From the NCBI RefSeq assembly GCF_023055435.1, contig NW_025963791.1, positions 18,910,001-18,974,000 of the forward strand: DNA of 64,000 nucleotides, read 5' to 3'. The position numbers and the translations under genes are program-made. The notes under the pieces were generated by a model. That model had not been told where the DNA came from, did not search any database, and saw only the letters and a program-made list of their open reading frames with translations. This DNA is from Haliotis rufescens (taxonomy: Eukaryota). Each line of letters starts with the position of its first letter. Positions within the stretch are counted from its first letter, which is position 1. Of the stretch, positions 1 through 14,141 are shown in pieces.

Positions 1-289
1 TTGCGATGGAATTGGTATAACATGATGATATTTAGGTATTTGTGTTTAATTACATCAGGTAATATTTGAATACAACTCCCATGATGCATATAGCATTGCA
101 CGTGTAGAGCGCAATCATGGTTCATGACTCAGAGTCGAAAGTGGCAAACATTTACAAGTATTTTGTAAAGGAGAGAGACGGGTAAACCCCTGATTAGTGT
201 TGATGGGTGTACTGCCGAGCATACCAAGCACTTGGAATCTCACACCAACAAGTCTATGTTTTGATAAATAAATAAAAGATGGTAGGGTC

Positions 290-1760
290 CGTATCAAAAG
301 TTTCATCTGGTAGAAAAAGAAAAACGTGATAGTTTTGATAAGGGATTGATAAGACGCACGGTCTACAGTTGTGCGAGCAGAGGGTTCCTCCGACATGTAA
401 ACGGATTCCATATGAAATTAGAGAAACGTTTCACGTACTACGCACATCATAGCTCAACATGAGATTGGATTCTATAACACCGCACGCGTGGACGACAAGG
501 GGGTGTTCAGGGAAAAGTATTCAAGATTACAAGATTCCTTTTTTCAGTATTGGAGGCTTCGTGGCCAAGAGTACAATATATTTATATCCAATTTACTTGT
601 GGATCTCACACAATTCATAATTATACAATTATTCCATGACATGTGACGTAATACATAATACATAATTATGTTGGTTTTTTTTGTTTTTTTCCCATATTTC
701 TCTATAAGTATTCTATAATATCCATGAGTTCAAATTATCTGTGTACTATTCATGACTATCGCGTCCAAGATTATTGCACTTATATAGCGACGTGCATGCG
801 CGTGTATGTGTGTGTGGCTGCTTGTACTAGTCCGGACTGATGCCTATTTATAGTGCTAGCACACTGAGATACCATGCCGCAGTTTAACATGAATACTCCA
901 CTCAGACAAAGTAAACTGACTCCGAGCCGACCATTCCTTGTTTTAGGCCCTTAATGACGAGCGCCAGACAGGGTAACAACAAGTACCATCTTTTAACGTC
1001 TTTTGGTATGACCCGGCTGGGGATCGAACCCCGGACCTTCCGCCTCTCCGGGCGGACGCTCTACCACTAGACCACGGGTCAACAAGAATCATTCTACTGA
1101 TTACATGGGGGTACCGTCAGATAGGCCTAACGCACCCATGGTACCGTCATGAGAAGGTAAACGTCTTTGTATTGCAGGCTGGAACCCGTGAGAAAGGCCT
1201 CATTGACGAGTGTGACTCAGTCTTTGAGACTAAACAGGCTGCGGCGATTATCATCAGGAAATGAATGGGGATGTTATAAGAGCGGATGGAACACCAGCTT
1301 CTCTCTAATCTGCATAACCCCAGTGTTATTGTCCTTGATGACGCCAGTTATCACAACGTGCGAGAACGGTACAGGCACGCCAGCCATGAGCACTTTGTTT
1401 GCACGCAGTTACCTAACTTCTTGTAATGACGCATGTTAACCATCTGATACCAAGATACAGGTTAGGGAAAAGATCCGACTGAACAATACTGCCTTTCAAT
1501 ACAGGGTAGACAAACTAGTAGAGCATCATGGCCACGTCGTCCTACGTTCGCCCGTCAGACACCGTGAGCTCAATCCGATAGCTCATCTGGGCCAACTGCA
1601 AAGGGGTTATAGCTAAGAATAACACAACCTTCAAGCTGAAGGATGTGAAAACCCTCATTATACTTCTTTTGCAAGAATTACTCCTAAGTTTGGCAAAAGG
1701 TTGAAGATCCTTGACACTGAACATCAGTACCGCAAATGTGATGGTGTTTATACCAGCCTC
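290..1760 (+). mobile_element. Decayed Tc1/IS630-superfamily DDE transposase, interrupted by a SINE
   Basis: Frameshifted motif fragments DSFDKGLIRRTV, GKRLCI, GDYHQEMNG, VIVLDDASYH and HGHVVLRSPVRHRELNPI. Confidence 0.75.
759..1077 (-). mobile_element. tRNA-derived SINE family C (MetaSINE-like core)
   Basis: A/B-box head GGTCTAGTGGTAGAGCG...GGTTCGATCCC and core GTCATACCAAAAGACGTTAAAAGATGGTAC; other copies at 3922, 39288 and 50017. Confidence 0.8.
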
Positions 1761-3548
1761 GTCGCCCCAGTCATCATCTCTTTGGATTGCACTACGACCG
1801 AGCTACATTCTTCCTCTGACGAATCAGATATTGAGCTGTAGTGATAATTGTGTGATTGAAAGGAACTTTGTCCGTTCAGTTCCGCCCAAAGGAAACCGTT
1901 TGCTCTGGCGTCAGTATTAAAAGTACAATGTATATTTCAAGACGTGTTATGCTAATTTTATGCTATCTGATTTTCTACATATCACATAGGAGCAGTTAAT
2001 ATTTTGAACTGAAACTATATTGCTTATTTCAAATGAAATCTCACATTACTCATTCAACCAGTAACTGAATATTCCAAGAACAATACGTTATCCTATCATT
2101 AAGATAAAGTACAATTTTCTATTGGCGTAGACCAATTTTCAAGGGCTACAGTGTTTACACTTTCAAATCATAACTTCATATTTTCTATCTTCACTCCCAT
2201 TCACCCCTCACGTGAAAAATTTGCATTTGATGTTTTGAGAGTCTCCCCAATGCATCGACTGTTGTGGTTATATCTGGGTCATCTGTGCACGTGTCAGGTG
2301 TCAGGACACCGGAGTGTTGCTGTCACCGGTAATTAAAGTCTATTTCATACACCCTGGTACACCACTGTTTTTGTTCTAAGTTTATCGCACTTTTACCTGT
2401 AAATATGTATTTATGACAAAATTATACACATGATGTTCGAGAAAACATTGTATGGACAAGCGACAATGTTCCAGTAGCCATTGTATAAAATAACAATAAT
2501 GTTCTTTTTCCAAAAGCAGAACATGAAGAACCCATATATTCCCCAACAGTAATTAAACGAACTAGGAAGTAGTTTCCGGTGTTACCATATGGCCAATCCA
2601 TCTTATATCATATAGACTGTCTGGTCTAGACTCCATTATTTACAGACCGCCATCATATAGCTGGGGTATTGCTTAATGCGGCGTTAAACAACAAACAAAC
2701 AAATAATATCTTATAACAAAACAAATAAATTGTTTTGGAGACATGATTATCAAAAGCAATAAACTTTACACTCAAATATTGTATATACACATCAGTTACG
2801 ACATATACAAAAATAAAACGTCAGCATCAAAGAACGAGCAGGCTCGATTATCCAACGAAGCATACCGGGCGCCAAAGGCGTAATAGCGGTGAAAAATACA
2901 TGAATGGATCACTCAAAATCAGTGACGACACCAGGTGCTCACGAAAATGGTAAGAATGTCCTAACCTTACCGGAAGCACTCGCCACTCACACAATTTGCA
3001 CAAATAAGCATGTGTTTGTTGCCTGACACCACGTGACACCATGTGACGGTGTCACATGACAATCAAGTGATGGACCAGGAATACATTCACACGGTAACCC
3101 ATTTACTGACTTTGTTTGAACACAAAAAAACACACTTTTACCCTGTCAACATGTAACCAGTTATGAAGCATTTGGCACTGATAAATCCCACACTGCTTAC
3201 ATTCAACAGACGAAATATTCCGGCTAGTTCCCTTGCTAATATATTCCGTGATAAATACCGGTAACTATGTGTCGTAATCAGTGTTCTGATGACTGCCAGC
3301 TTCTCGAGAGCATCATAAAACTAGGATATCCTTATCTCAAACCGCTAAATCATAATATTTCTATCTCAAACGGTAAAATCATATTAATTTCTCTATCTCA
3401 AACCGTAAAACCTGCAGAGACGATAAGATTTCTGCAAAGGCAAGCCTGATAATACAACACTGTCGACTGTGAAATGTTTGCATGAAGAATATCTTCCTAG
3501 ATAATGGAATCATTGACATATCTTTGTAAAGGGTAATTATGATAATGG

Positions 3549-3714
3549 GAGTGAGTGAGTGTAGGGTTTTACGCTGCTTTTAGCAAAATTCCTGCAATAT
3601 CACGGCGGGGGACACCAGAAATGAGCTTCACACATTGTACCCACGTGGGGAATCTAACTCGGGCCTTCAGCGTGACGAGCGGACGCTTTAACCACTAGGC
3701 TACCCCGCCGCCCC
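3549..3714 (-). mobile_element. tRNA-derived SINE family A (~165 bp, (ACTC)n tail)
   Basis: Reverse complement of the 7402-7572 element. Confidence 0.85.
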
Positions 3715-3921
3715 TTAGATAACGGAATGAATTATTCAGTAACTGTAGTTCGTTTTAGGAGGGGCATTTCTCTCAAGGCAAATTGTTTCTTAAAATTCTT
3801 TTAGTTAATGCACTTTAATTAAAGAATTAATGGTATTTAAAACACACCAGGTATCATTTTTCATTCTTTCTGAATGCCCTATTTATTAGAACATTCATGA
3901 GACATTCGTGTTGAGTGAACT

Positions 3922-4140
3922 TTAAGGGGCTAAAACAAGGACTGGTCGGCTTGGAGTCAGTTTACTGTGTCTGAGTGGGGTTCTTGTTAAACTGCGGCAT
4001 GGAATCTCAGTGTGCTAGCACTATAGTTGCAATATTAGTCCGGACAAGTACAAGCAGCCACACACACACGTACATGCACGTCGCTATATAAGTGCAATAA
4101 TCTTGGACGCGACATTAAACCCCATTTCACTTCACCTCAC
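3922..4140 (+). mobile_element. SINE family C, 5'-truncated
   Basis: Matches the 3' two-thirds of 39288-39631. Confidence 0.75.
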
Positions 4141-4577
4141 CTGAACTTGACACATGTAAACTCAAACTTACAATTACAATACCGGTTACTAATGCGCGAA
4201 ACAACTGGATACACCGAAAGTCCATGAAATACTCCGAATGGAGTGTTTTTGTGTTATAAGTGTTGGCGGCTTTGAAAATCCGAGATTGATGAACCTCTAC
4301 GTTCAAGAGACAGCGTATGACGGTCTGCCAACAACGCGGCATGCGCGTGAGATCAAATTAACATCTGGCAGGTGCATGATCTTAGTTTTACACTTTTTAC
4401 TTTAAAGCAATTACTCAACTTCTCATCAAAGACCCATCTGAATATCACACTGTGCAACAAGCACAACAAACCGAGAAAAACACACCTTCCAAAGTGCTTT
4501 CTGACAGCTAAATTCAAACTTTATAAGTAAGAAGGTGACTCAGAACCTTGCCTCTCCATATATTCCAAAAACGAACC

Positions 4578-4726
4578 AGTGGTTAAAACGTTTGCTCGTC
4601 ACGCCGAAGCCCCGGTTCGATTCCCGACATGGGTACAATGCATGAAGGCCATTTCTAGTGTCCCCCCGCCGTGATATTGCTGGAATATTGCTAAAAGCGG
4701 CGTAAAACCATACTCATTCACTCACT
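4578..4726 (+). mobile_element. SINE family A, 5'-clipped
   Basis: Same body and tail as 7402-7572. Confidence 0.8.
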
Positions 4727-5168
4727 ATTGCAATTTTCACATGTCGGTTTTAATACACGCCATAAGGTGAACGAACACCACGTTTCCCTAGACTCTCTAT
4801 AAGTATATACTATTAAAAAAATGTTTCTTCGATGGTTATGTATTTGAGCGGGTATCATAGTAGTGTATTGGTCTTTAAGCTTGCAGTGTTTCGGCAACTG
4901 TTTTCAGACTAATACGGCTTTGATAACGTTTGTATTTGTTTGGTCAATTTCCATGTGTATACGTCTTATACGCAGTTTGTGTATTTTATGTAACAACTAT
5001 TTTGCATCTAAATATTCACTTTCTGTGATATACACAGTATAAGTAACCAATTTATTGGAATATGAAAAATAATATTTCAAAGAAGCTGCTGCACCAGTTG
5101 CTGGGGGTATCGTGCGTAATTAATACCACGGTTATAGTCTGTATCAATATTTGTCTTAAATCACTTAC

Positions 5169-5351
5169 CTGCCAAACTGGCCACATTAATCACTCGTCCC
5201 TTAGACGGACGTATTAAAGGTAGAAATGCTTTGGTGACTCTCACGACGCCAAACACATTGACGTCCATGACCCGCTGAAACTGGTCCACGGAACACCACT
5301 CTATCTCCGTAAACACGGCGATGCCAGCGTTATTCACCAGGGCCCACAGCA
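5169..5351 (-). CDS. SDR9C-family dehydrogenase, exon 3 (YxxxK exon not found; presumably left of the window)
   Basis: TTTCAG acceptor; LWALVNNAGI...VMDVNVFGVVRVTKAFLPLIRPSKGRVINVASLA; G|GTAAG donor; 183 nt, phase 1-1. Confidence 0.93.
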
Positions 5352-5708
5352 CTGAAACCAGATTTGTCGAAACAATGTGTTACAATTTCCTGCACAAAGT
5401 AGAAAGTGGGGCAGGTTCGTCAGCTATTCCCTTACACTAGGCCAAAGAACCAATGTGTTTGCAAAATATGTTTCAATGCCCGATAACTCTGTGTTCATGC
5501 ACAATATCTGATCATAGATTAATAGTAATATGGTTCAAAATAACAGGAGATTAATGGTCAGTATATATAACCCAGGCCTACCAAAGAAATCCAACAGAGA
5601 ACTACCAGACTATGGAATATGCACACACTAGAAACAGTTTCAGAAGTTACAAAAACACACGCAATCGCCTAATCTCGTCGTGTTATGCGCCTGTTATACC
5701 TTAATTAA

Positions 5709-5962
5709 CCCGTGAAGATCCGGGGTAGAATAGGTCTTCGCTAACCCATGCTTGCCGTAACTATGATTGTCGTTAGAGGCGACTAACGGGATCGGGTGAT
5801 AAGGCTCGCTGACTTGGTTGATGAATGTCATCGTATCCTAAATGCACGGATCGAAGGTCATGATGTCAATCACATGATTGTCTGGTCCAGACTCGATTAT
5901 TTACAGACCGTCGTCAAACAGCTGGAATATTCCTCAGTGCGGCGTTAAACAACACACAAACA
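5709..5962 (+). mobile_element. SINE-like family B (~250 bp, (AAAC)n tail)
   Basis: CCCGTGAAGATCCGGGGTAGAATAGG...GCTGGAATATT...GCGGCGTTAAACAAC; more than 10 full or partial copies in the window. Confidence 0.8.
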
Positions 5963-7401
5963 AATTATACCTTAATTACAGTTGTTTACTTCTCTGAGTA
6001 TCAATAACCAGGAGTGATAAAAACATTTCAGAGCCCGACATACTATTCTATGTCACATCGTGAGTATACAAACATACAATCTTACAGTAGTGTTTCATCG
6101 GATCATTTATGCTTGACGTCGATAACACTATTTTAGACCACGTGTTTTCCATTCTTTTTAACAACGTGGTCTTTTAAACAGGAAATATCGCAGTAATGTA
6201 CGTCCTGCGAACACAATCTGAAACATTTCAAACAATTGGTCTAGGTCTGGAGTCTCGCGGAACTGGAATCATGAACGCATAGCTTCATTAGCGCATAAAC
6301 TTCGGTTGTTTTGGCCTGGTAGTAACATACTCGTCTTATTATTGTGTAACGACTGCTGGAATGGGTTCGTTGGCAATGCCGGATCGCTCGGTTTTCGGCG
6401 TTGTTTATTTTGGCTCGTTATATTTAGCTCTTACCGATATTATCATGACTGTACGCAATTTTTGAAGAACGAGCTAAACATCCACCAATAGTGTTTTTTG
6501 TGTTAAAAGTTCTGATTAGGTCAACGTTGAATAGAATATGCAGTTTCCGAGTGCACAGGGTAACGCTAGAGCAGGATACACGTGACCACCTTCAGCATTA
6601 GATGGGACGATAGCGCATGTTCCAAATGTATACAAAGTTGAAAGCATCATGTTACATTTTATATAGGCTTGTAAAAGTTTGATTAGACCAACGTATACAC
6701 AAGTATTCCTTGAAGCAAGGTCTATATGTCTTGAGGCACGATCTGTGTGGTCGTCACTTGAAGCATGTTTATGTGTGGTTTTGTAGACAGTGCCGCGGGG
6801 CACTGTAGCTCACCTGACGCACGGAGACATAATTGTATGACACTTCCACCCAATTATGGAAGAAACATCTTTACTTAGTTAAAGAAAAGTTGTTACAAAG
6901 ATTCTAGGAAAAAGAAAAAAGGTTATATAGTGATGCCTAGAACAAACTTGGATATTATTGTCAGTTGTGTCCGTTGATTTCACTGCTGACGTGTATACGC
7001 TGAATAATTGTAAAAAATTGTTTCATCCAGTGTTCCCGGTGTAATTCCTGCATTACATTGGAACAAAGCTAAAGCACAGGGTTGCTTAAGAATATGATAT
7101 TTTAACGTGTTGTACATTTAAAATACAGTACACTACGTTTATAACGAACACGCTCATAATGAACTGGCCGATACAATGAACTTCTGTTTTAGTCCTGGCC
7201 ATTTGTTGTGTACATGCTGTATATATGCTTATAACGAACTACGGTTATTACGAACTTAAATTAGTGGTACAATAGAATCGTATTTTATCTTTGTCTTCGT
7301 AAGGAGGAACCTGCATGCCAAATTTCAGCTTCATCGGGGAAGCAGTATCAGAGGAGAAATATTTGAGGGCAACGTAAAGGTGTAAATGTCTATCGACTGC
7401 A

Positions 7402-7572
7402 GGGGCGGCCGGGTAGCCTAGTGGTTAGAGCGTTCGCTCGTCACGCCGAAGACCCGGGTTCGATTCCCGACATGGGAACAATGTGTGAAGCCCATTTCTG
7501 GTGTCCCCCGCCGTGATATTGCTGGAATATTGCTAAAAGCGGCGTAAAACCATACTCACTCACTCACTCACT
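7402..7572 (+). mobile_element. SINE family A, full length with TSD
   Basis: A box TAGCCTAGTGG, B box GGTTCGATTCC, (ACTC)n tail; TSD ctatcgactgca/ctaacgactgca. Confidence 0.9.
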
Positions 7573-8500
7573 AACGACTGCAACGGTCAGTATCGGGTTT
7601 CTGGGGTCAGAGTCATGTACCATTTAAGTGAACCGTCACAAGAAAGATATCTACTAAGTAATACAGGTCACATGCCCCTGCTTCTAGGGCCACAGCAATG
7701 GCTGTTTTGGCTTTGGCCGCTCAAAGGGTAGCTTGCACACTAGTCAAAATACGCCATATGCTGGCCCACCTTCCATGGAGGTTTGGGCCTGCTTGAACTT
7801 GTGTTGCTATATTCTACTATTTAAAAGGGTTTCGGAGACTTTGCCAGGACAATCCTACATACAGCTTCTCCTAATGGGGGTATAATCATTATTTTTCGAC
7901 GTCAAGTTTAGTTTCCATGGCAACCACATGCAATTTTTTTTAACTTTTTGCCATTGAATCCAAATGGATGCAGATAATTTGATGAAATATGGTGGCAGGT
8001 AAGTGTGCTATGGAGTCTACGGTATGTTTTTTTCCAGTTTTGCACCTACATTGATTTTTATAACCCATGATATCATTTTCACTTTTGATATACCAACTAT
8101 TTTTAAAAGCCAATGATGGGTTTTAAATAAGATCGGATTGGTTGTTTGTGAGCACCTAAACTAAGATTATTCTTGCAAACTTCATCCTCATAGGCCTTGA
8201 AAATTTAGAGGACGCGAGAAAATATAGCAGCGGGATACAAAATAATTATATTATGCCAAAAAATCATTATATATGATTCCAGTAATGGTAAAAAATGACA
8301 CTTTGAATATGGTCGCCATGACGGCCCTGTTTCAAACGTGATCGCGGTTTCTGTGAGCATGTATTAGACGCATCATAGCTTAGAATCATTCATTCACACT
8401 TTCAGCTCCATGTGACTTGTAGTTTCTGAGTAGATGCTGACAAGTTAATGACTTTCAGTCACGTGAGCTACAAATGATACACAGGTTTTATAGCAAAGAA

Positions 8501-8698
8501 TAGTCTGTCATACAGACCCTGACACAAATATATTCAATACAGCCCATGTAAGTCTATAATATTTGGCAAGTCTGGATTACTGCAATGTCTGAAAATGGAG
8601 AAAGTCTCTTGGCTCCTTTTTATTATATTTCATAACTACAATTTAACAACTGTATTTTTGCAGTAAAATATGTTCATTTCAAAGACAAGATGTTAGTT
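8501..8698 (+). repeat. Unclassified ~200-bp interspersed repeat (family F)
   Basis: TAGTCTGT..TACAGACCCTGA...GATGTTAGT recurs at 15669-15876 and 21265-21462. Confidence 0.8.
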
Positions 8699-8733
8699 TA
8701 AGCAATGTATACAGTTCCCATTAATGTTCTTAC

Positions 8734-8946
8734 CATTTTCCTTAAGGTTTTCTTTGACGTATTTCAGGGCGCCGCGCACCTGCCAGTCGTCAGTGACGTC
8801 AACCTTGACGATGTGTAGTTTGTCCGACGTGTCCTCGTTCAACTGCCGTGCACCCTCCCTGTCGGGCATCAGGCACCCCGCGAACACAGTGAAGCCCAGT
8901 TTGTCTAGCCTGACTGCTAGGTTGTAGCCGAACCCACTGTCACATC
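8734..8946 (-). CDS. SDR9C-family dehydrogenase, exon 2
   Basis: Polypyrimidine-CCAG acceptor; (G)CDSGFGYNLAVRLDKLGFTVFAGCL...LHIVKVDVTDDWQV; G|GTAAG donor; 213 nt, phase 1-1. The TGCDSGFG motif is characteristic of SDR9C. Confidence 0.93.
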
Positions 8947-9299
8947 CTGGAAGAGGAAGGGAGAGGTTCTAATCTAAAGAACAAATACTGCCCTTTTATA
9001 ATAACGCCAGTTACAAGTGATTTCTCATCACGGTATGCAAATAATGGACCTGTATTGAGTGATTGTGTAACTTGGAAACCTAGCATCGTGTCGTTGTAAT
9101 TTTAGTGGTGAATTTGGTACATTGGTATGTCATTGCAATCGACGTATTTGTGAAAAAGTGAATAAGTTTGTTTTAACGCAGCTGTGGACGGTAATTCAAT
9201 TAAATCACGGTGTGTCACCTTGGCTTGAGAGGAAAGCCTGGCTGTTGCTTTAAAGAACATCTGGCACTCGTGATTATATTTCTACAAGGAATAGCTTGT

Positions 9300-9490
9300 T
9301 AGCAATTGTGGTTGTATCTCTACAATGACCCTTCAGCATCTGTGACTGTCTTGTTACAATGAAGAGATATCAATTGTGGGTATATTTCTACAATGACCCT
9401 TCAGCATCTGTGACTGTCTTGTTACAATGAAGAGATAGCAATTGTGGGTATATTTCTACAATGGCCCTACAGCAACTGTGATTGCAGTTG
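9300..9490. repeat. ~68-bp tandem repeat, 2-3 copies
   Basis: caattgtgg..tatttctacaatgacccttcagcatctgtgactg repeated. Confidence 0.75.
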
Positions 9491-9619
9491 CTGATATGGT
9501 CTGAGATGGCTGATTTACTGTCTGATTTGATGGTTGACGTTTTGTTCTCTTGATTCTGGTGTTGATGGGGCGGGATGTTTTCACCAACGTAGGATTTCCA
9601 CAGTTACAGTCAATTTTAT

Positions 9620-9824
9620 AAACTACTCCTTTAGCAAATACCTTATCAGCAACTGCCCTAATCACATCAACCGGGAAGACGTCCAAATCCTCCCTAACAA
9701 CCTCCATGACTTCACTAAAAGAAAACTTACAGAAGCAGTCCACATTCGCCACCTCAAACTGCCAATCAACAGAGATCAAGGCTATTTCATCCCATCCGCC
9801 TACTATGAACTCATAAAGCAATAA
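9620..9824 (+). mobile_element. Penelope-like element relic (GIY-YIG endonuclease C-terminus)
   Basis: HINREDVQIL...KRKLTEAVHIR...INRDQG matches the Penelope C-terminal R..xEA.xI...NRDxG pattern. Confidence 0.7.
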
Positions 9825-11966
9825 GCACCCCACCTATGTACACTTGATCCTGTTCCATTAGGTTCCTGTGTTATTGGCTTCCTCATCACGTGTTCTCTGT
9901 CCATCATGGTGTTACAGTTTTATCCTTCTGTTGTCATTGTTTAACCTACTCACGTTAATCTCTCTGATGTAAGCAGTTGTTGTTACTGTTAATCCTCCAC
10001 CAACTATATATATTCTGTACCATGCCCATTATTTAGCCCCACTCTTGGGTTGCACAAACCACTTTCGCCCCTTTCGGAAACACATAAAATGGCCTGGCCG
10101 GGCCCGTGTGCGAAATACGCATCAGTCGGAAAGCGCACGTTAAATCTCCAATGTAAGTAAGTAAGTAAGTCATTATTAGTCTTGCTTGACAACGGTATAA
10201 AGATCTATACCCAAACGTCGCCGTTACAGTATTAAAGAAGTAAAGTTTTGCCATCCGTCAACTTCTAAGTCATGCCTATCAAACAATTCAATTCTGGGTC
10301 AATTTCTATAAATGAATGTTTTGTTACAAAGAAAAGTTAGCAATTGTAGGTGTATTTTTTGCCGGTGTATGACCAGGTCGCACCTGTGTTTATATTTAAG
10401 TATAAACAGCTAAGACCCGGGATGTAATAAATACGAAGCATCCAGTAACGGTTAGTAATAAAACTCGCTCCCGGTGATCTTCGATTCATGACGAAATTCG
10501 AACATGAAACTGAATTTGATCTTAATAATAATGAGCAGACATTTATTTCGGTGTTGCGGTAACCACAACAATTGCCCTGGCTCCCACTTTGCTACTTGAA
10601 GATGAAACTGTTTTAATTAGATATGACATGTTTTCATGCCCCGCTCCACAGGAGCACTTAGTTGGAGGAAACATGAATCACATTAGAAAGAAACACTTAA
10701 TTCCTGTGACTGCTTGACAGAGGAATATTGTTTTGCGTCACCTTCAACAGACATTCGCCTGGTCTGCAGGTGCTAGGATGTGATACTGTCGTCTCGAAAT
10801 AACTGACGCCCTAACATTGATGTCTAACATTAAGAATACAGTGTCATATGACTGAGGTTTGCGAATGCCACATACCCTTTTTCTACTCTTTCGAAGATTG
10901 CTATGTTCTATTTGTAATTCTTCCTTGAAACATATGTAGGCTTAATATCAAATATCTCTTTTTAAACAGATGTACGTCATTTGCGATGTGTTTTATGAAT
11001 GGAGAGGTCGAGAATAGCCACACGTGGGGACTTGAAGGGTTTGCTGACTGAAGGTGTATTGCTCATTCCAAGGGATGCTAAGGTAGCCCAGTGGTTGAAA
11101 CGCTCGCTCGTCGTACCCGGGTTTGTTTCCCAACCTGGTGACTCAGTATGATTGAGTGTGGTACTGGTTATTGCTGGATGGGGTTAAAGTACACCCACTC
11201 ACTCCTATATTCCCCCCCCCCCCCCCACACACACACACACAGGCAAACAGCTCAGAAAAAAACAGGTCAGATTTGCAATCGTTGACACCAACGTTCGATA
11301 AACACCACCTGTGCTAGCCCTTCTCCTATTTATGAAATAAATATTGTTTCTCAAACAAAATATAATTGCTTACATAACAATATTTCAAATTAACATAGCC
11401 AATATCAGAACAGAACAGGGTTTATTCTAAAAAAAACACACAATGGTCGAAAAGAGAACATACATTACGAAGTATAATACAATTGTACAACGAATGTAGC
11501 ACATATCCACAATATCCAAGCATGACCGTTAAATCACATTAATTCTTTCTATTTACCTGACCAGGAATGACTGACGGAGCAACACGCCGCTGTATTTCAT
11601 ATGCAACATTGCCAGGCAGGGCGTCGGAACATTCCTGTCAAACCATGGGTGTTATTTTCAAGTTAATAGCATGTTTTCATTGTGCTAAGGTGATGACTGG
11701 ACTCGTGACGGACCTGCTCCAGTCAACCTGCACATCCTACCTGTACTGTGTGGCGACTCCCCGTTAACTCTCCCCCGGTGTAGAACTCACTGAACACGGT
11801 GTCGTCGGATAACCGTAGACATTACAATGTTTGTTTTTTTGTTTAACGCCGCACTCAGCAATATTCCAGCTATATGACGGCGGTCGCGAATCAGTGACTG
11901 TGTTCGGCTGCTTGACTCCTGAGAGTTTCTTGGGCTTCACTCATGCCCCGCACTGAAGAACATAAT

Positions 11967-12228
11967 GTTTGTTTGTTTGTTGTTTAACGCTGCACTCAGC
12001 AATATTCCAGCTATATGACGGCGGTCTGTAAATAATCGAGTCTGGACCAGACAATCCAGAGATTGACATCATGGGCATCGTTCCACGCAAGTGGGATACG
12101 ATGACATGCATCAACCAAGTCAGCGAGCCTGACCACCCGATCCCGTTAGTCACCTCTTACGACAAGCACGGTCGCTTTTTGCGGCAGGCATGGGTTGCTG
12201 AAGACCTATTCTACCCCGGATCTTCACG
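11967..12228 (-). mobile_element. SINE-like family B
   Basis: Reverse complement of the family B consensus. Confidence 0.85.
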
Positions 12229-13106
12229 TGTCAGACATTACAATGGAATACAAGGGCTTAAAAGCATTACCTGACAAAGGTCTACGCCGTGAAAATGACA
12301 AGCAGCCGTTACACTATTACTGTGGTGTAGGACATGCAGTGGCTCAACTATGTACTAATGATGTATAGGTGTTGTTCTGCTGTATGCCAGGACGGCCCTG
12401 TTAAAACACATTACCAGATAGCACATGACACAATGATACAAAAGTCCCTCTTATTCCACCGAAGCAGTGCTCCCTTGCACAAGGAGATGATATCCGACAT
12501 TTTACTATTAGACGACATTCCCTTATCTACAATGGACAGTTCCCCTTGACGGGCACTTGACCCCTTGGCCGCTGTTTATAGCTCAGACGCAACCACCGCC
12601 GTCAGACACACGTCACACAGGAGCACTTGGCGGCAATCCTCGCCTCTATATATGGATAAATAAGCCTTTATTCCTATTTTGTCCTGTCAACGACTGTGAC
12701 GTAATCATGACGTTCTAAACGCCTAATTGTTCACGAATTAAGTAGTTGTGAATGAAATCGATCCAAATGGAAATGTTGTGAACAGGATATTAAGTGCTAC
12801 AATGACCTTGACCAAAGGGGTGTCTACGTGGCAGTTTGGGTGACTCCTGAAGCCAATCCTTTCTTGATACTGTTTGACAAAGGGGACATCTTCGTCACGA
12901 TTACTCCTTTCCACGAAAGCCCAACACATGCATGATATATTCAACGTACATTAAACCGGGTCTGGTACACCAAGCATACAAAAAGTGTATTAGTTAAACA
13001 TCAGGTGCATGTCTCACAAACCAAGACGAATGACGTTTGACGTCATCATATTGACTTTACATTGCATGAAAAGAAAGCAGTAAGGGTTATTACGAATATT
13101 CCCTCT

Positions 13107-13378
13107 TAGGGAAAGGCCATTTTATATTCTGGGGGAATGGGGTGGGATTTTGTATTGAGATAAGATATTTTATCAGCTACAGCTACAAAATCAGATATTG
13201 TTTTATTTAGATCTGTTAGCCTGATTTTTTATATAAGAGAAACACCTTGAAACAATGTTATTTTTGTGACAGGCAATTTCTTTTTTTTCAACAGTCTGAA
13301 GCATAATCATTTTTATCACGATATATATTTTAATCGCTGACCCATTCCCCCAAGAATATCAAATGGTCGGTCCCTTAA
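13107..13378. mobile_element. Probable MITE with imperfect TIRs
   Basis: Left ttagggaaaggccattttatattct pairs imperfectly with right agaatatcaaatggtcggtcccttaa. Confidence 0.5.
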
Positions 13379-14141
13379 ACCTACTGACGACATTCCAGAG
13401 ATTTACACAAGATAAGATAACAGCGAAAGGACATCGAACGCGGACACGGAACAGTGTACCAACAGGAAAACATGGACACTTATACCGTCGGTTTCTACTG
13501 CTGTAAAATTATTCGTTGTCGACATATAGAATCTGCACTTTTCAGTCCCTTGAATTTGATAAAGTAAATCAACAGGACACCTCAATGTATCCGATTATGG
13601 ATATTGAATGTCTGATTGACCATGCCATTCAGCCACGCGCAGAATCACAATAGTAATAATATTTAGATCGGTTAAGTTTAATGTTAACCTAGGGATAGAG
13701 ACATTGGTGTGGAGACGTTTGGTGACATCAGCACACTTGTACAAACACTTCTTCTCTACAAGTGAATATGCTTAGATGCCTACCACCTTTCCCAAATCTA
13801 TGGGTATGGTTCTGACAAACCTAGAAGCATTATCAACGCGAATCTGGCATTCGAACCCATGATCATATAGGTCTCTGGCACGTCTAAGGGACGCAACTCT
13901 GCACAGCGAATTTTGGCGCCTTGGACGAGTGGGCCATCTGTGCCCCTTCTACCGAAGTCGTATTGATCCTTTACGAAGTTTGGATTACTGAAGGGTGAGT
14001 AAGTGAAAATAATATTCCGTCGCCATTACCAATGGCGCCTGATTCCGACGGGAAGACCAAGACATGGTGTCACACATTGTACCTAGGGAATAGAACCTGT
14101 GACGTACCAACGATTAAACCTTGTAACTACTCGATCGCCGA

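Noticed and set aside
7402-7480. tRNA-like sequences with A/B boxes (also at 20229, 39288, 44460, 50017)
   Set aside because: They are SINE heads followed by shared bodies, tails and often TSDs, not tRNA genes.
10185-10280. Possible Penelope-associated hammerhead ribozyme (similar sequence at ~40310-40390)
   Set aside because: The core CUGANGA/GAAA is not intact; at most a degenerate terminal repeat.
12738-12944. CSQHF (THAP-like) peptide on the minus strand
   Set aside because: Single short motif without the rest of the domain.
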